From Vicinamibacterales bacterium (GTDB taxonomy: Bacteria; Acidobacteriota; Vicinamibacteria; Vicinamibacterales; UBA8438), in assembly GCA_965215155.1 (NCBI GenBank), contig CBDCCY010000001.1, positions 455,416 to 519,415 of the forward strand: a stretch of 64,000 nucleotides of DNA, written 5' to 3'. The position numbers were made by a program, and so were the translations under genes. The notes beneath the pieces were generated by a model, which ran no database searches, was not told the DNA's origin, and saw nothing but the letters and a program-made list of their open reading frames with translations. Below, one piece after another: positions 10,015 to 19,554 of the stretch (position 1 is the first letter of the stretch; every line of letters starts with the position of its first letter).

Positions 10015-10280
10015 GCTGATGTGACGGCGCGGGTTTCGACGTCGACGTCGCTCATCACGAACCGCTCCTGCTGGTGTAGGGAAGCGGCGACGCCCATCTG
10101 GCCAGCACCGGCCGCGGTGGCGAAGGTGCCCACCAGAGCCCGACCAGACCGGCTATCGTTCCCGCGCCGACGACTCCGGAGCTTCGCTTGCGCAGGATTG
10201 GCCCTCTCTGTGTTCGTGCGTCGGGAAAGCATGTGCATGGCCCCGGCGCGGCGGCCCGCGCTCAGGGGTGCGGCGTCGGA

Positions 10281-10547
10281 TCAGTCGTCGTCCGTGACGA
10301 TTCCGCGGGTCAGACCGGCGGTGACGAGCAAGTCGCGACAGCGATCGGCGGCGGAGGCGGCAACGTAGAATACGGCGCCGTGATGGGGGCGAGACAGCAG
10401 GCCGGCGCGGAACAACTCAACGCTCACGACGTAGTCGGCGCCATTTTCCGTGAGCACGGTCTCCACACGTTGCGCTTCGGCCAACCGCGCCGCGATGTAG
10501 ACACGCAGGGCATCATCGGCGAGGGCTTCGGCATGGACTCGAGCCAC
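10281..10547 (-). CDS. Hypothetical small protein (88 aa)
   Basis: ORF with non-artefactual composition, downstream of and co-oriented with 10640..11035. No family recognised. Confidence 0.4.
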   Translation of the reverse strand: MARVHAEALADDALRVYIAARLAEAQRVETVLTENGADYVVSVELFRAGLLSRPHHGAVFYVAASAADRCRDLLVTAGLTRGIVTDDD

Positions 10548-10639
10548 GGACCTGCGGTAGTGCAGTCTGCGGCGGCAGGATCCGGGCCCGCGTGGCCGAG
10601 TGCCCGGTCGTTGCCTCGCGCGTCGAGCACTGAAACCTG

Positions 10640-11035
10640 TCAGCCCTTGGCGGCCTTCTCTTCGCGCTTCCTCTGCCAGTAGGCAGTCATGCGCTTCGAG
10701 ATCGCCTCCCGTTCCTCGGGCGTCTTCTCGCGGCGCTTGCGCTTGGCCGGGGCGCGGCTGGACGCCGCCTGTGCCGCCACCGGGGCCGGGGCGGGGGCCG
10801 GGGCCGGGGCCGGGGCCGGACTGGTCCTCCTCCGCCGGCGCGGCTTCGGAGCGGCCGCCGCCGCGCGCCCACGCCGCGGGCCGGCCTGCGGCGCACTCCC
10901 GGGGAACCCGCTCACGGCCTGCTGGAGGGCATCGATGTCCGCCCGCAGCTGATCGAGCAACCCGCCTATCTCAGCTTGCTTGCTGGCCATCGTTTCCGCG
11001 ACGATCTCGCTGATCTTCTGGGATATGTCGTTCAT
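10640..11035 (-). CDS. Small basic protein: N-terminal coiled coil, (PA)n repeat, Lys/Arg-rich C-terminus
   Basis: Internal ATG at 11035 (MNDISQKISEIV...). APAPAPAPAPAP tract. C-terminal KRKRREKTPEEREAISKRMTAYWQRKREEKAAKG. Confidence 0.55.
   Translation of the reverse strand: MNDISQKISEIVAETMASKQAEIGGLLDQLRADIDALQQAVSGFPGSAPQAGPRRGRAAAAAPKPRRRRRTSPAPAPAPAPAPAPVAAQAASSRAPAKRKRREKTPEEREAISKRMTAYWQRKREEKAAKG
10782..10817. repeat. (GGGGCC)6 hexanucleotide microsatellite (one unit is GGGGCG)
   Basis: Read directly: ggggcc ggggcg ggggcc ggggcc ggggcc ggggcc. It encodes the (PA)n tract of the minus-strand gene. Confidence 0.95.
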
Positions 11036-11042
11036 ACGGAGG

Positions 11043-11071
11043 AGCGTAGCGTCCGTAAGACGCAGTGTCAA
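11043..11071 (-). promoter_or_regulatory. Candidate sigma70-type promoter giving a leaderless or near-leaderless mRNA for 10640..11035
   Basis: The minus strand reads TTGACA-17 nt-TACGCT, with the -10 hexamer ending 7 nt before the ATG. No Shine-Dalgarno is present. Local GC dip. Confidence 0.35.
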
Positions 11072-11262
11072 ACCTCCTTGCCCATAGCATACGCTCTCAA
11101 TGACACGGAGCACACACAAGGCGGCGCTTCGTGAGGACTGGGTGAGACCATGCCAAAGATGGCAACCTGCGGTCACTTCTCGGGCGCGGGCCGTTTGTCG
11201 GCAGGCCTCGGGAACCCGGTCCGTGCCGCGCGCGTCCAAGGCGGGTGACGGAGGAAGTGCCG

Positions 11263-12234
11263 ATGACCGAGAAGGCCGTCCGGAGCAGAAACAGGATCGT
11301 CTGGTTCATCGTCGCTGTTGCTCTCGCGGTTCCCGCTGCGCTCGCGACTGCCGCCGCGGTCGCCCTGGTCTGGGCGTCGTCCACCGTCGAGCGGCTCGGC
11401 GAGCCGACCCTTCAACCGATCGCGAAGACGGTCAGCCTCCCGAGCCGCGACCGGACGGGCGGTGCCGGCGACGCCGCCGGTCCGACGACGCACCTCGACA
11501 TCGACCTCGAGGACGGCGTCTTCGAGGTGCGTTCCGGTCCGCCGGGGAGCGACGTTCGTGTGGAGGGAACCTACTCCGGCAAGTACTACGACCTCATCCA
11601 CGATCACACGCCGTCCGGCAGTCCACCGGAGCGCACCGTCACCGTTCGTCTCGAGCGCGCGCGTTCCCTCCTCGTGCAGCTCATGGCGCACGCGATGGAC
11701 CGGACTCCATCGACGCCGAACGAGCTGACCGTCCACATCCCGAGGGACACGCCCCTCTCCGTAGACCTGACCATCCGCGCGGGGGAGTCGCGGGTCGATC
11801 TCGGTGGACTGTCGCTGACCGCTCTGAGCGTGGACCTGTCCATGGGAGAGCATCGGCTCGACTTCAGCGAGCCGCTGGCCGTCGCTCCGCGCCGGGTGCG
11901 GCTGGATGGCGGGATGGGGGAGATACGCTTCGAGCGTCTCGGCAACGCCCGCGCGGGTGAGCTCGAGGCATCCGGCCACATGGGCAGCGTGACGGTCGAC
12001 CTCGGCGGATCGTGGCCGCCGGATACCGTTGCGAACGTCACCCTTCATAACCTGATGGGGGAGATGCGGCTCCGAGCGCCGGCCGGGTTGCGCCTCGTCG
12101 GTGACGCGGAGGGTTCGCCGGTCCCGGTCGCCGAAGGCTCCGCCTCCGGTCCCGGCGATGGGGAGTTCGGTGGGCCGGCGCTCCGCCTGCGCACATCCAC
12201 CACGATGGGAGAGACGCTGCTCACCCGCTACTGA
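11263..12234 (+). CDS. Membrane-anchored protein with LiaF/DUF2154-like (toast-rack) beta-repeat domain
   Basis: ATG at 11263 lies 8 nt after GGAGGA. One N-terminal TM (IVWFIVAVALAVPAALATAAAVALVW). Repeated xVDLxxGxxxL units (SVDLTIRAGESRVDLGG, SVDLSMGEHRLDF, VRLDGGMGEIRF, VTVDLGGS). Confidence 0.5.
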   Translation: MTEKAVRSRNRIVWFIVAVALAVPAALATAAAVALVWASSTVERLGEPTLQPIAKTVSLPSRDRTGGAGDAAGPTTHLDIDLEDGVFEVRSGPPGSDVRVEGTYSGKYYDLIHDHTPSGSPPERTVTVRLERARSLLVQLMAHAMDRTPSTPNELTVHIPRDTPLSVDLTIRAGESRVDLGGLSLTALSVDLSMGEHRLDFSEPLAVAPRRVRLDGGMGEIRFERLGNARAGELEASGHMGSVTVDLGGSWPPDTVANVTLHNLMGEMRLRAPAGLRLVGDAEGSPVPVAEGSASGPGDGEFGGPALRLRTSTTMGETLLTRY

Positions 12235-12265
12235 GCTGGCCCGGCGCCGGCGGGTGGCGCCCCGG

Positions 12266-14161
12266 TCAGACGTCGAAGCCCACCTCTCTCATCAGCGCCA
12301 GCGCGTTGCCCCTGGTTACGACACCCGGCCGCAGGGTGTAGTCGAAGCGCAGGCGCCCCGCGATCAGTCGATCGCGGAAGTGGACGTTGGCGGCGCGCCG
12401 GCCGAGAGGCTCGGCGATGCGCGTCAGCGCGAGATCGTGCGTGGTGACGACGCCGATCGCCCCGCGCTCGACCAACCCCGTGACGATGGCACGGGCGCCG
12501 ACGAGCCGGTCGTGCGAGTTCGTGCCGTGCAGGCATTCGTCGATCAGGAACAGGACCGGGAGGGTGCTCCCGTCCCACAGCGCGCCGGCCGCCACGGTCG
12601 GCTCCGCGTGCGACGGGCGCACCGCGGACGACCGCTCCAGGATCGCGTGCAGCCGGGTGATCTCCGCGTGAAAGCGGGAGCTGCCCCCCTGGAGGGAGTC
12701 GAGGATCCGAATCGACGCGCCGACCGCCAATGGAGACATGCGTAGGCGACGCGCGCGTACGGGCGCTCCGGCCTGGGCCAGAGCCGCGGTGGCACCGATC
12801 GCGCGGAGCAGCGTGCTCTTGCCCGACATGTTCGAGCCGCTCAGCACCAGCACCTGCGGGCCGTCGCCCAACCGGACGTCGTTCGCCACGGCCTCCGCGG
12901 GAAGCAGCGGGTGGCCAAGGGCATCGGCCACGAAGCGCGCCGGGCCTTCGGCGAACTCGGGCCACACGTGTCCCGGGCACTCGAAGCGGTAGGCGGCCAA
13001 CGACGCGAGCGCCTCCATCTCCCCGGCGGTGTCGAGCCAGGCGCCGAGGGCCGGGCCGCAGGTGAGCCGCCACCGTTCCACGGCGCGCGCCAGGTGCAGG
13101 TCCCAGAGGAGGAAGAAGCCGAAGAGGGAAGCGAAGGCGTTGCGGCGCGAGTCCACGTAGTCGATCAGACGGGTAAGGCGCTGCACCTGGCGCGACGGCG
13201 CCTCGCCGCCCGTCTCGAGCGCCGCGCGCAGCGCCACCAGGTGGCGCGCCCGAAAGCGCTCGGGCTCGAGCCTCGCCAGCAGCGCTCCGAGGAGCGTGAC
13301 GTCGCGCGCCGCCGCGCCGACCCCGGCCAACACGCGCTTGCAGACCGGGGCCGCCCGGCGGGTGACGATGGCGATGGCAACGATCGCCCCGATGAAGTAC
13401 CAGCCGAGCCCCGACTGCATGGTGGGTCCGAGCGCGAGGGACCGCCCCGCCGCGAGGGCGTAGGCGACGCCCGCCGCGAGGGCAAGCGCGCCGCCGCAGG
13501 AGGCGATCCACGCCAACCGCCATGGCGCCGCGGCCGGGAACGCGGGGGGCGCCGCCGCCCAGGTGCGCAGCGCCTCCGCGTCGACCGCGGCCCGGGTCTC
13601 GTCGCCGACGACGGCGAGATCCTCCCGGAGGTCCAGGTTGGAGGCGAGCTCGGCGACCGCCTCCTGTCGCCGGGCCACGACCTCCGGCGGCGCCGGGTGC
13701 AGCAACCAGGCCGCCAGCGTGGCCCGCCCGCGGTGCGTCCGCGCGACGGAGACGCGCTCGAACAGGGAGCCGGCACCGAAGACGTCGAGGTCCGCGGCAT
13801 ACAGGTGCGCCGGGTCTGCGAAGTCGGCCCCGGGGTCGCCGGTTCCCACCCAGGCGTCCCGGAGCCGAGTCTGGCCGCGATCGTAGAAGGCGATCGCGCG
13901 CGCGAGGCGGGAGCGCTCGTCCTCGATGCGGTCGAGCCGGACGCCGAGCCAGAACAGCACCGGCAGCGGGGACGCGATCCACCATGCCGAGTAGGCCGCG
14001 CCGCCGATCGCTCCCGCGGCGAGCGCGCCGGTGGCAGCGAGGCAGGCCAGGCGCCACAGCCCGACCGCGCGATGCCGGCGGTCGACGGCGGCGTGCTCCG
14101 CCTCGCGGGCGGCGCGGCGCTCGCCGTAGGTGCGTTGGGGATCGAGCGGGTCGCCGCTCAC
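12266..14161 (-). CDS. Membrane-associated MutS-related ATPase (MutS domain V only)
   Basis: GTG at 14161 overlaps the upstream TGA (GTGA). N-terminal hydrophobic helices. C-terminal LVLSGSNMSGKSTLLRAIG (Walker A), LFLIDECLHGTNSHDR (Walker B) and TTHD. Confidence 0.8.
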   Translation of the reverse strand: MSGDPLDPQRTYGERRAAREAEHAAVDRRHRAVGLWRLACLAATGALAAGAIGGAAYSAWWIASPLPVLFWLGVRLDRIEDERSRLARAIAFYDRGQTRLRDAWVGTGDPGADFADPAHLYAADLDVFGAGSLFERVSVARTHRGRATLAAWLLHPAPPEVVARRQEAVAELASNLDLREDLAVVGDETRAAVDAEALRTWAAAPPAFPAAAPWRLAWIASCGGALALAAGVAYALAAGRSLALGPTMQSGLGWYFIGAIVAIAIVTRRAAPVCKRVLAGVGAAARDVTLLGALLARLEPERFRARHLVALRAALETGGEAPSRQVQRLTRLIDYVDSRRNAFASLFGFFLLWDLHLARAVERWRLTCGPALGAWLDTAGEMEALASLAAYRFECPGHVWPEFAEGPARFVADALGHPLLPAEAVANDVRLGDGPQVLVLSGSNMSGKSTLLRAIGATAALAQAGAPVRARRLRMSPLAVGASIRILDSLQGGSSRFHAEITRLHAILERSSAVRPSHAEPTVAAGALWDGSTLPVLFLIDECLHGTNSHDRLVGARAIVTGLVERGAIGVVTTHDLALTRIAEPLGRRAANVHFRDRLIAGRLRFDYTLRPGVVTRGNALALMREVGFDV

Positions 14162-15912
14162 GACGCGCCGGCGTGCTCCACCCGGACCGTCACCACGTCC
14201 GTGTCGTGATACTGCTGGTGGCGCACGGACGAGGCGTAGTGCTGCAGCAGCCGCAGCGAAACCTCCTCCTCGACCGGGACGCCCGAGACGCGTTCGCCGA
14301 GCAGCGCGATCCGATCTTCGATGTTGGTCTCGTCGGTGGCCGCCACGAACTCGAGCTCGACCGCCGCGCCGACGCGGTGGGCCACGAGCAGCAGACGGCG
14401 CCCCTCGCTGGCCCGGCCCTCCTGCTCCTGGCGGATCAGCGTGAGCAGCGCCTCCTCGCCGACCGCGCGGAGCCGCTGGGTCATCACCTTGCCCAGGCCC
14501 CGGTCCGCCGCGAACTTCGACAGGAACTCGTCGATCTTCGGGTAGGCGGCGGCATTGAGCTCCGTGCGGGTACGCAGCCGCCGAGGCTGCGCAAGCTCCA
14601 TGAACAGCATGATCAGGATCACGGTGAGACCGCCCGTAGTCATGCCGTTCTCGAGCAGGCCGGCCCAGAACTCGTTGAAATAGTCGGCGAAGATCAACTG
14701 GTTCTGGAACCCCACGCCCAGCCAGAACGCCACGCCCACCGCGACCCCCTTGCGGTAGTCGACGCCTTCCTGGATGACGACCCGCATGCCGAGCACGAAG
14801 AGGATGGCCAGAAGCACGACCAGGTAGGCGGCAACCACCGGGCCGGGGATGGCGAGGATGAGCGCCATGAACTTCGGCACGAAGGCCAGCGCGACGAACA
14901 CGAGCCCGATGTAGATGCCGACCGTGCGCGCCGCCACCCCCGTGATCTCCGTGATCGATACGCTCGACGAGTAGGTCGTATTCGGCACCGTGGCGGCGAG
15001 CCCCGAGAGAAGATTGCCGAGTCCATCGGCGGCGACGGCTCCCTGGACGGCACGGAAGTCCGTTGCCCGCGGCTGGCGCCACGACACGCGCTGGATGGCG
15101 ACGCTGTCGCCGAGCGTCTCGATGGCGCCGATCAGCGTGACGAACACGAACGCCGGCAGCAGGGACCAGAACGCCGTGCCGAAGCTGAGGTCGAACCCCG
15201 GCCACCCGCCCGCCGGCAGGCCGATCCAGGCGGCGTCGAGGACCCTCTGCGTGTCGTAGAGGCCGAACGCGCCGGAAACGAGGCAGCCCGCCACGGTGCC
15301 GATCGCAAGGGCCCAGAGGCGCCAGACCCCGGACGCCAGCACCGTGACCACGATGATCACGGCGAGGGTGGCGGCGGCACTCACGGGCGCTGCCGCCCGC
15401 GCCGCGTCCGCCGGGACGTCGGTCAGCATGTCGAACATGATCGGCACCACCGTGACCGGGATCAGCATGATCACGGTGCCCGATACGACCGGGGTGAAGA
15501 TGCGGCGCAGCAGCGACAGCCGCGCCGACAGCAGAAACTGGAACAGGGCCGAGGCCGCGACCAGCGTCGCGAGCAGTGCCGGCCCGCCCCGGGCGAGCGC
15601 GGTGACGCAGACCGCGATGAAGGCGCCCGACGTGCCCATCAGCAGGATGTAGCCCGCCCCGATGCGCCAGACGCGGACAGCCTGCAGGATGGTAGTGAGG
15701 CCGCTGATGAAGAGCGCGGCGAAGGTGGCCCAGGCCAGGAAGGCGTCGCCGCCGCCGCCGGCCCGGACCACGATGGCCGGGGTGATGACGATGCCGGACA
15801 CCGCGAGCAGGGCGTACTGCACGCCGAGCCCGAACGCCACGCTGTGCGGTGGCTTCTCGTCGGCCTCGTAGCGGATGTCGAGCGTTCGTGCCGCGGTCGA
15901 TTGCGCTGCCAT
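14158..15912 (-). CDS. NCS2 (xanthine/uracil/vitamin C) family permease with an extra C-terminal cytoplasmic domain of about 130 aa
   Basis: ATG at 15912 (MAAQSTAARTL...). About 12-14 TM segments typical of NCS2/SLC23. Soluble tail from about LRTRTELNAAAYPKIDEFL to the end. Confidence 0.75.
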   Translation of the reverse strand: MAAQSTAARTLDIRYEADEKPPHSVAFGLGVQYALLAVSGIVITPAIVVRAGGGGDAFLAWATFAALFISGLTTILQAVRVWRIGAGYILLMGTSGAFIAVCVTALARGGPALLATLVAASALFQFLLSARLSLLRRIFTPVVSGTVIMLIPVTVVPIMFDMLTDVPADAARAAAPVSAAATLAVIIVVTVLASGVWRLWALAIGTVAGCLVSGAFGLYDTQRVLDAAWIGLPAGGWPGFDLSFGTAFWSLLPAFVFVTLIGAIETLGDSVAIQRVSWRQPRATDFRAVQGAVAADGLGNLLSGLAATVPNTTYSSSVSITEITGVAARTVGIYIGLVFVALAFVPKFMALILAIPGPVVAAYLVVLLAILFVLGMRVVIQEGVDYRKGVAVGVAFWLGVGFQNQLIFADYFNEFWAGLLENGMTTGGLTVILIMLFMELAQPRRLRTRTELNAAAYPKIDEFLSKFAADRGLGKVMTQRLRAVGEEALLTLIRQEQEGRASEGRRLLLVAHRVGAAVELEFVAATDETNIEDRIALLGERVSGVPVEEEVSLRLLQHYASSVRHQQYHDTDVVTVRVEHAGAS

Positions 15913-16074
15913 GTCCTGTCGGTTTCCGCCCGGTTCGCGGGCGATTCTATCGCGTCCGGGGTCCGACCCGGGCTCTTCTCCCCGCGTTATGCTAGAAAGT
16001 CCCGCGTCCGATCCGGCGCCTTGCTGCGCGCGCCGGCCGTCGGTCCGGAGTCGCTCTCCAACGACGAACCGCAC

Positions 16075-17340
16075 ATGACCGCCACTTCCGCGCCCGGCTC
16101 CGTCCGTCCCCCGTCCCCGGCCTGGCAGACGCCGGCTGTCGTCCTGGCGGCGGCATGCCTGCTCGCGATGGTGGGGTTCGGCGCGCGCTCGATCTTCGGG
16201 CTCTTCCTGGAGCCGATGACGGGCGCGAAGGGCTGGGGGCGCGAGACGTTCGCGCTGGCCCTGGCGATCCAGAACCTGCTGTGGGGCGTCGCGTTGCCGT
16301 TCGCCGGGGCGCTGAGCGACCGCTTCGGGCCGCCGCGCGTGCTGGCGGCGGGAGCCGTCCTCTACGCGGGCGGCATCTGGGGCATGGCGTACGCCGACAG
16401 CGCTGCCGCGCTGCAGATGACGGCCGGGGTGCTGGTGGGCGTAGGGGTGGCGTTCACGGCCTTCACCATCGCGCTCGCCGCGATGGTGAAGCTGGTGGGC
16501 CCGGAGCGGCGGTCGCTGGCCCTCGGCCTCGGTACGGCGGCCGGCTCGTTCGGTCAGGTCGTCTTCTCGCCGCTCGGGCAGGCGTTCATCGCCGGCTACG
16601 GCTGGCAGCCGGCCCTGCTGGCCCTCGGGGCGTCGACCCTGGCGATAGCGCCGCTGGCGTTCCTGCTGCCGTCCTCGCCGGCCGTGCGGGGTGAGCAGGG
16701 CGGCGGACAGACGCTGGCCGCCGCCCTGCGCGAGGCGGCGGGGCACGGCGGGTACATCCTGCTGGCCGTGGGTTTCTTCGTCTGCGGGTTCCACGTCGCG
16801 TTCATCACCGTGCACTTCCCGGCCTACGTGCGCGACCTCGGACTGCCTGCCTCGGTGGGGGCGGGCGCCATCGCCGTGATCGGGTTCTTCAACATCCTCG
16901 GGTCGTTCGCCTCCGGAGCGGCCGGGCAGCGCTGGAGCAAGAAGTCGGGGCTGAGCGCCATCTACGCCTCCCGGGCGGCGGCGATCGCACTGCTGATGCT
17001 GGCGCCCAAGACCCCGGCGGTCATCTACCTCTTCGCGGCGGTCATGGGTCTGCTGTGGCTCTCGACGGTGCCGCTGACCACCGGAATCGTGGGGCAGGTC
17101 TTCGGAGTCCGGTACCTCGCCACGCTGTTCGGTGTCGTCTTCCTGAGCCACCAGCTCGGCAGCTTCCTCGGCGTGTGGCTCGGAGGCCGGCTCCACGACG
17201 CCACCGGGTCCTACGACGGAATCTGGTGGGCGGGCGTCGCCCTCGGACTCCTGGCTGCGCTGATCCATCTGCCGATCGACGAACGCCCGCTCGTCCGGGA
17301 GGCATCACCCGTGCCGGCCGGCGCGCGCAGCGGCCCGTAG
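16075..17340 (+). CDS. MFS transporter
   Basis: ATG at 16075. 421 aa, 12 hydrophobic segments, GALSDRFGPPRVL loop motif (MFS D-R-x-G-R-like). Confidence 0.8.
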   Translation: MTATSAPGSVRPPSPAWQTPAVVLAAACLLAMVGFGARSIFGLFLEPMTGAKGWGRETFALALAIQNLLWGVALPFAGALSDRFGPPRVLAAGAVLYAGGIWGMAYADSAAALQMTAGVLVGVGVAFTAFTIALAAMVKLVGPERRSLALGLGTAAGSFGQVVFSPLGQAFIAGYGWQPALLALGASTLAIAPLAFLLPSSPAVRGEQGGGQTLAAALREAAGHGGYILLAVGFFVCGFHVAFITVHFPAYVRDLGLPASVGAGAIAVIGFFNILGSFASGAAGQRWSKKSGLSAIYASRAAAIALLMLAPKTPAVIYLFAAVMGLLWLSTVPLTTGIVGQVFGVRYLATLFGVVFLSHQLGSFLGVWLGGRLHDATGSYDGIWWAGVALGLLAALIHLPIDERPLVREASPVPAGARSGP

Positions 17341-17349
17341 GGAGCCCGC

Positions 17350-19545
17350 GTGGAGGTCTGGCCCGGCCGGCCCTACCCCCTCGGGGCGACCTGGGACGGG
17401 CGGGGCGTCAACTTCTCTCTGTTCTCGGAGCACGCGGCCCACGTCGAGCTCTGCTTCTTCGACGGGCCGGACGCGCGGTGCGAGTCCGCCCGCGTCGTGC
17501 TTCCGGAGCGGACGGACTTCGCGTGGCACGGTTACCTGCCCGGGGTGCGTCCCGGGCAGGTGTACGGCTACCGGGTCGGCGGGCCGTACGACCCTCGCTC
17601 CGGGCACCGCTTCAATCCGGCGAAGGTCGTGCTCGACCCCTACGCCAGGCAGATCGCCCGCCCGCTGCGCTGGGACGACGCGGTCCTCGGCTTCCCGGCC
17701 GGCGGCGCCGCGGGCGATCTGGAGGCGGACCCGCGCGACAGTGCGCCGTTCGCGCCGCTGGGGGCGGTGCCGGACCCCGCGTTCGCGTGGGGAGCCGACC
17801 GCCCGCCGCGGACCCCGTGGCACGAGACCGTGATCTACGAGGTGCACGTCAAGGGCTTCACAGCGCGCCACCCCGAGGTTCCCGAGCCCGTCCGAGGCAC
17901 CTACCTGGGCCTCGCCTCCGACGCCGCGATCCGTCACCTCACGGGGCTGGGAGTGACGGCGGTCGAGCTGTTGCCGGTCCACCAGGGTGCGAGCGAGCGG
18001 CGGCTGGCCGACCGGGGCCAGACCAACTACTGGGGCTACAGCACGCTGGCGTACCTGGCGCCCGACGTGCGGTTTGCGACGTCGCCCGACCGCTCCGTCG
18101 CGGAGTTCAAGACCATGGTCCGGCGGCTGCACGAGGCGGGGCTGGAAGTGATTCTCGACGTCGTCTACAACCACACCGCCGAGGGCGGGAGGTCGGGGCC
18201 CACCCTTTCGCTGCGCGGCATCGACAACCGCTCCTACTACCGCCTTGCGCCCGACGATCCCGGCGCGTACGTCGATTTCACCGGGTGCGGCAACACCCTC
18301 GACGTCAGCCACCCCCGCGTCCTGCAACTGATCATGGACAGCCTGCGGCACTGGACGCTGGAGATGCACGTCGACGGATTCCGCTTCGACCTCGCGAGCG
18401 CGCTGGCCCGCGAGCGGCAGGAGGTCGACCCGTCCAGCGCCTTCTTCGACATCCTCCGCCAGGACCCCGTGCTCTCGCAGGTCAAGCTGATCGCCGAGCC
18501 CTGGGACCTCGGCCCCGGCGGCTACCAGGTCGGGAGCTTCCCGGCGCCCTGGACGGAGTGGAACGGCCCGTTCCGCGACACGGTGCGCCGCTTCTGGCGG
18601 GGCGACGCCGGGCAGGTGCCGGAGCTCGCCACCCGTCTGGCCGGCAGCAGCGACCTCTATGCGAGGAGCGGGCGGCGGCCGACGGCAAGCATCAACTTCG
18701 TGACCGCGCACGACGGCTTCACGCTCGCCGACCTCGTCAGCTACGAAGCCCGGCACAACGAGGCGAACGGAGAGGCGAACCGTGACGGGGCCGCCGACGA
18801 ACTGAGCTGGAACTGCGGTGTCGAGGGCCCGACGTCCGACCCGGCCGTCCGGACCCTGCGCGAGCGGCAGAAGCGGAATCTCATCGCGACGCTGCTCCTG
18901 TCGCAGGGGGTGCCGATGATCTGCGGCGGCGACGAGATGGGCCGCACGCAGGGGGGCAACAACAACCCCTACTGCCAGGACAACGAGACGAGCTGGTTCG
19001 ACTGGGACCTGAGCGCGGCGGACCGCGAGATGCTGGCGTTCGTGCAGCGGCTGGTCCGCTTCCGCCTGCGCCATCCCGTGCTGCGCCGGCGCCGCTTCCT
19101 CCAGGGGCGGCGGGCGGGCGGCGAGGCGCAGGACGTGAGCTGGTTCGATCCGCGGGGCCGAGAGATGACCGCCGCTGCGTGGCGGAGCCGGGAGGCCCGC
19201 TGCCTGGGCGTGCGGCTCGCCGGCGACGCGATGGACGAGACGAACGAGCGCGGGGGACGCATCGTGGACGACGCGCTCCTGATCCTCCTGAACGCGCACG
19301 AACGCGCGGTGTCGTTCGCCCTCCCGCCCCCGGGCCGGCGCGGGTCGTGGATGCCGACGCTCGACACGACCGGGCCGCGGGCGCGGCCGGGCCTGGTCCA
19401 CGGCGGCGACGCATACTCGCTCGGCCCGCGATCGCTCGCCGTGCTGCGCTCGCCTCGGGGCCGGACCACGCGGACGGGCGGCGAGCCGGCGCAGCAGACG
19501 CCGCGTGCGGAGTCCGGCCGGTCGGACGCCGCGCCGGCTCCCTGA
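17350..19545 (+). CDS. glgX: Glycogen debranching enzyme
   Basis: N-terminus [29 protein letters not shown]13 motifs DVVYNHT, GFRFDLA, AEPWD and NFVTAHDGF. Confidence 0.92.
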   Translation: MEVWPGRPYPLGATWDGRGVNFSLFSEHAAHVELCFFDGPDARCESARVVLPERTDFAWHGYLPGVRPGQVYGYRVGGPYDPRSGHRFNPAKVVLDPYARQIARPLRWDDAVLGFPAGGAAGDLEADPRDSAPFAPLGAVPDPAFAWGADRPPRTPWHETVIYEVHVKGFTARHPEVPEPVRGTYLGLASDAAIRHLTGLGVTAVELLPVHQGASERRLADRGQTNYWGYSTLAYLAPDVRFATSPDRSVAEFKTMVRRLHEAGLEVILDVVYNHTAEGGRSGPTLSLRGIDNRSYYRLAPDDPGAYVDFTGCGNTLDVSHPRVLQLIMDSLRHWTLEMHVDGFRFDLASALARERQEVDPSSAFFDILRQDPVLSQVKLIAEPWDLGPGGYQVGSFPAPWTEWNGPFRDTVRRFWRGDAGQVPELATRLAGSSDLYARSGRRPTASINFVTAHDGFTLADLVSYEARHNEANGEANRDGAADELSWNCGVEGPTSDPAVRTLRERQKRNLIATLLLSQGVPMICGGDEMGRTQGGNNNPYCQDNETSWFDWDLSAADREMLAFVQRLVRFRLRHPVLRRRRFLQGRRAGGEAQDVSWFDPRGREMTAAAWRSREARCLGVRLAGDAMDETNERGGRIVDDALLILLNAHERAVSFALPPPGRRGSWMPTLDTTGPRARPGLVHGGDAYSLGPRSLAVLRSPRGRTTRTGGEPAQQTPRAESGRSDAAPAP

Positions 19546-19554
19546 GCGTGCCGA

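Noticed and set aside
13522-16074. The 5' two-thirds of the 1272-aa plus-strand ORF 13522..17340.
   Set aside because: Only the part from ATG 16075 looks like a protein (MFS transporter). The upstream part is antisense to the NCS2 permease and MutS-like genes and is Arg/Gly/Pro-rich.
15913-16074. Divergent 162-bp region between the NCS2 permease and the MFS gene, checked for a purine riboswitch.
   Set aside because: The conserved purine-riboswitch core was not recognisable. Only a short AT-richer patch (TTATGCTAGAAAGT) is present, and it is probably promoter-related.
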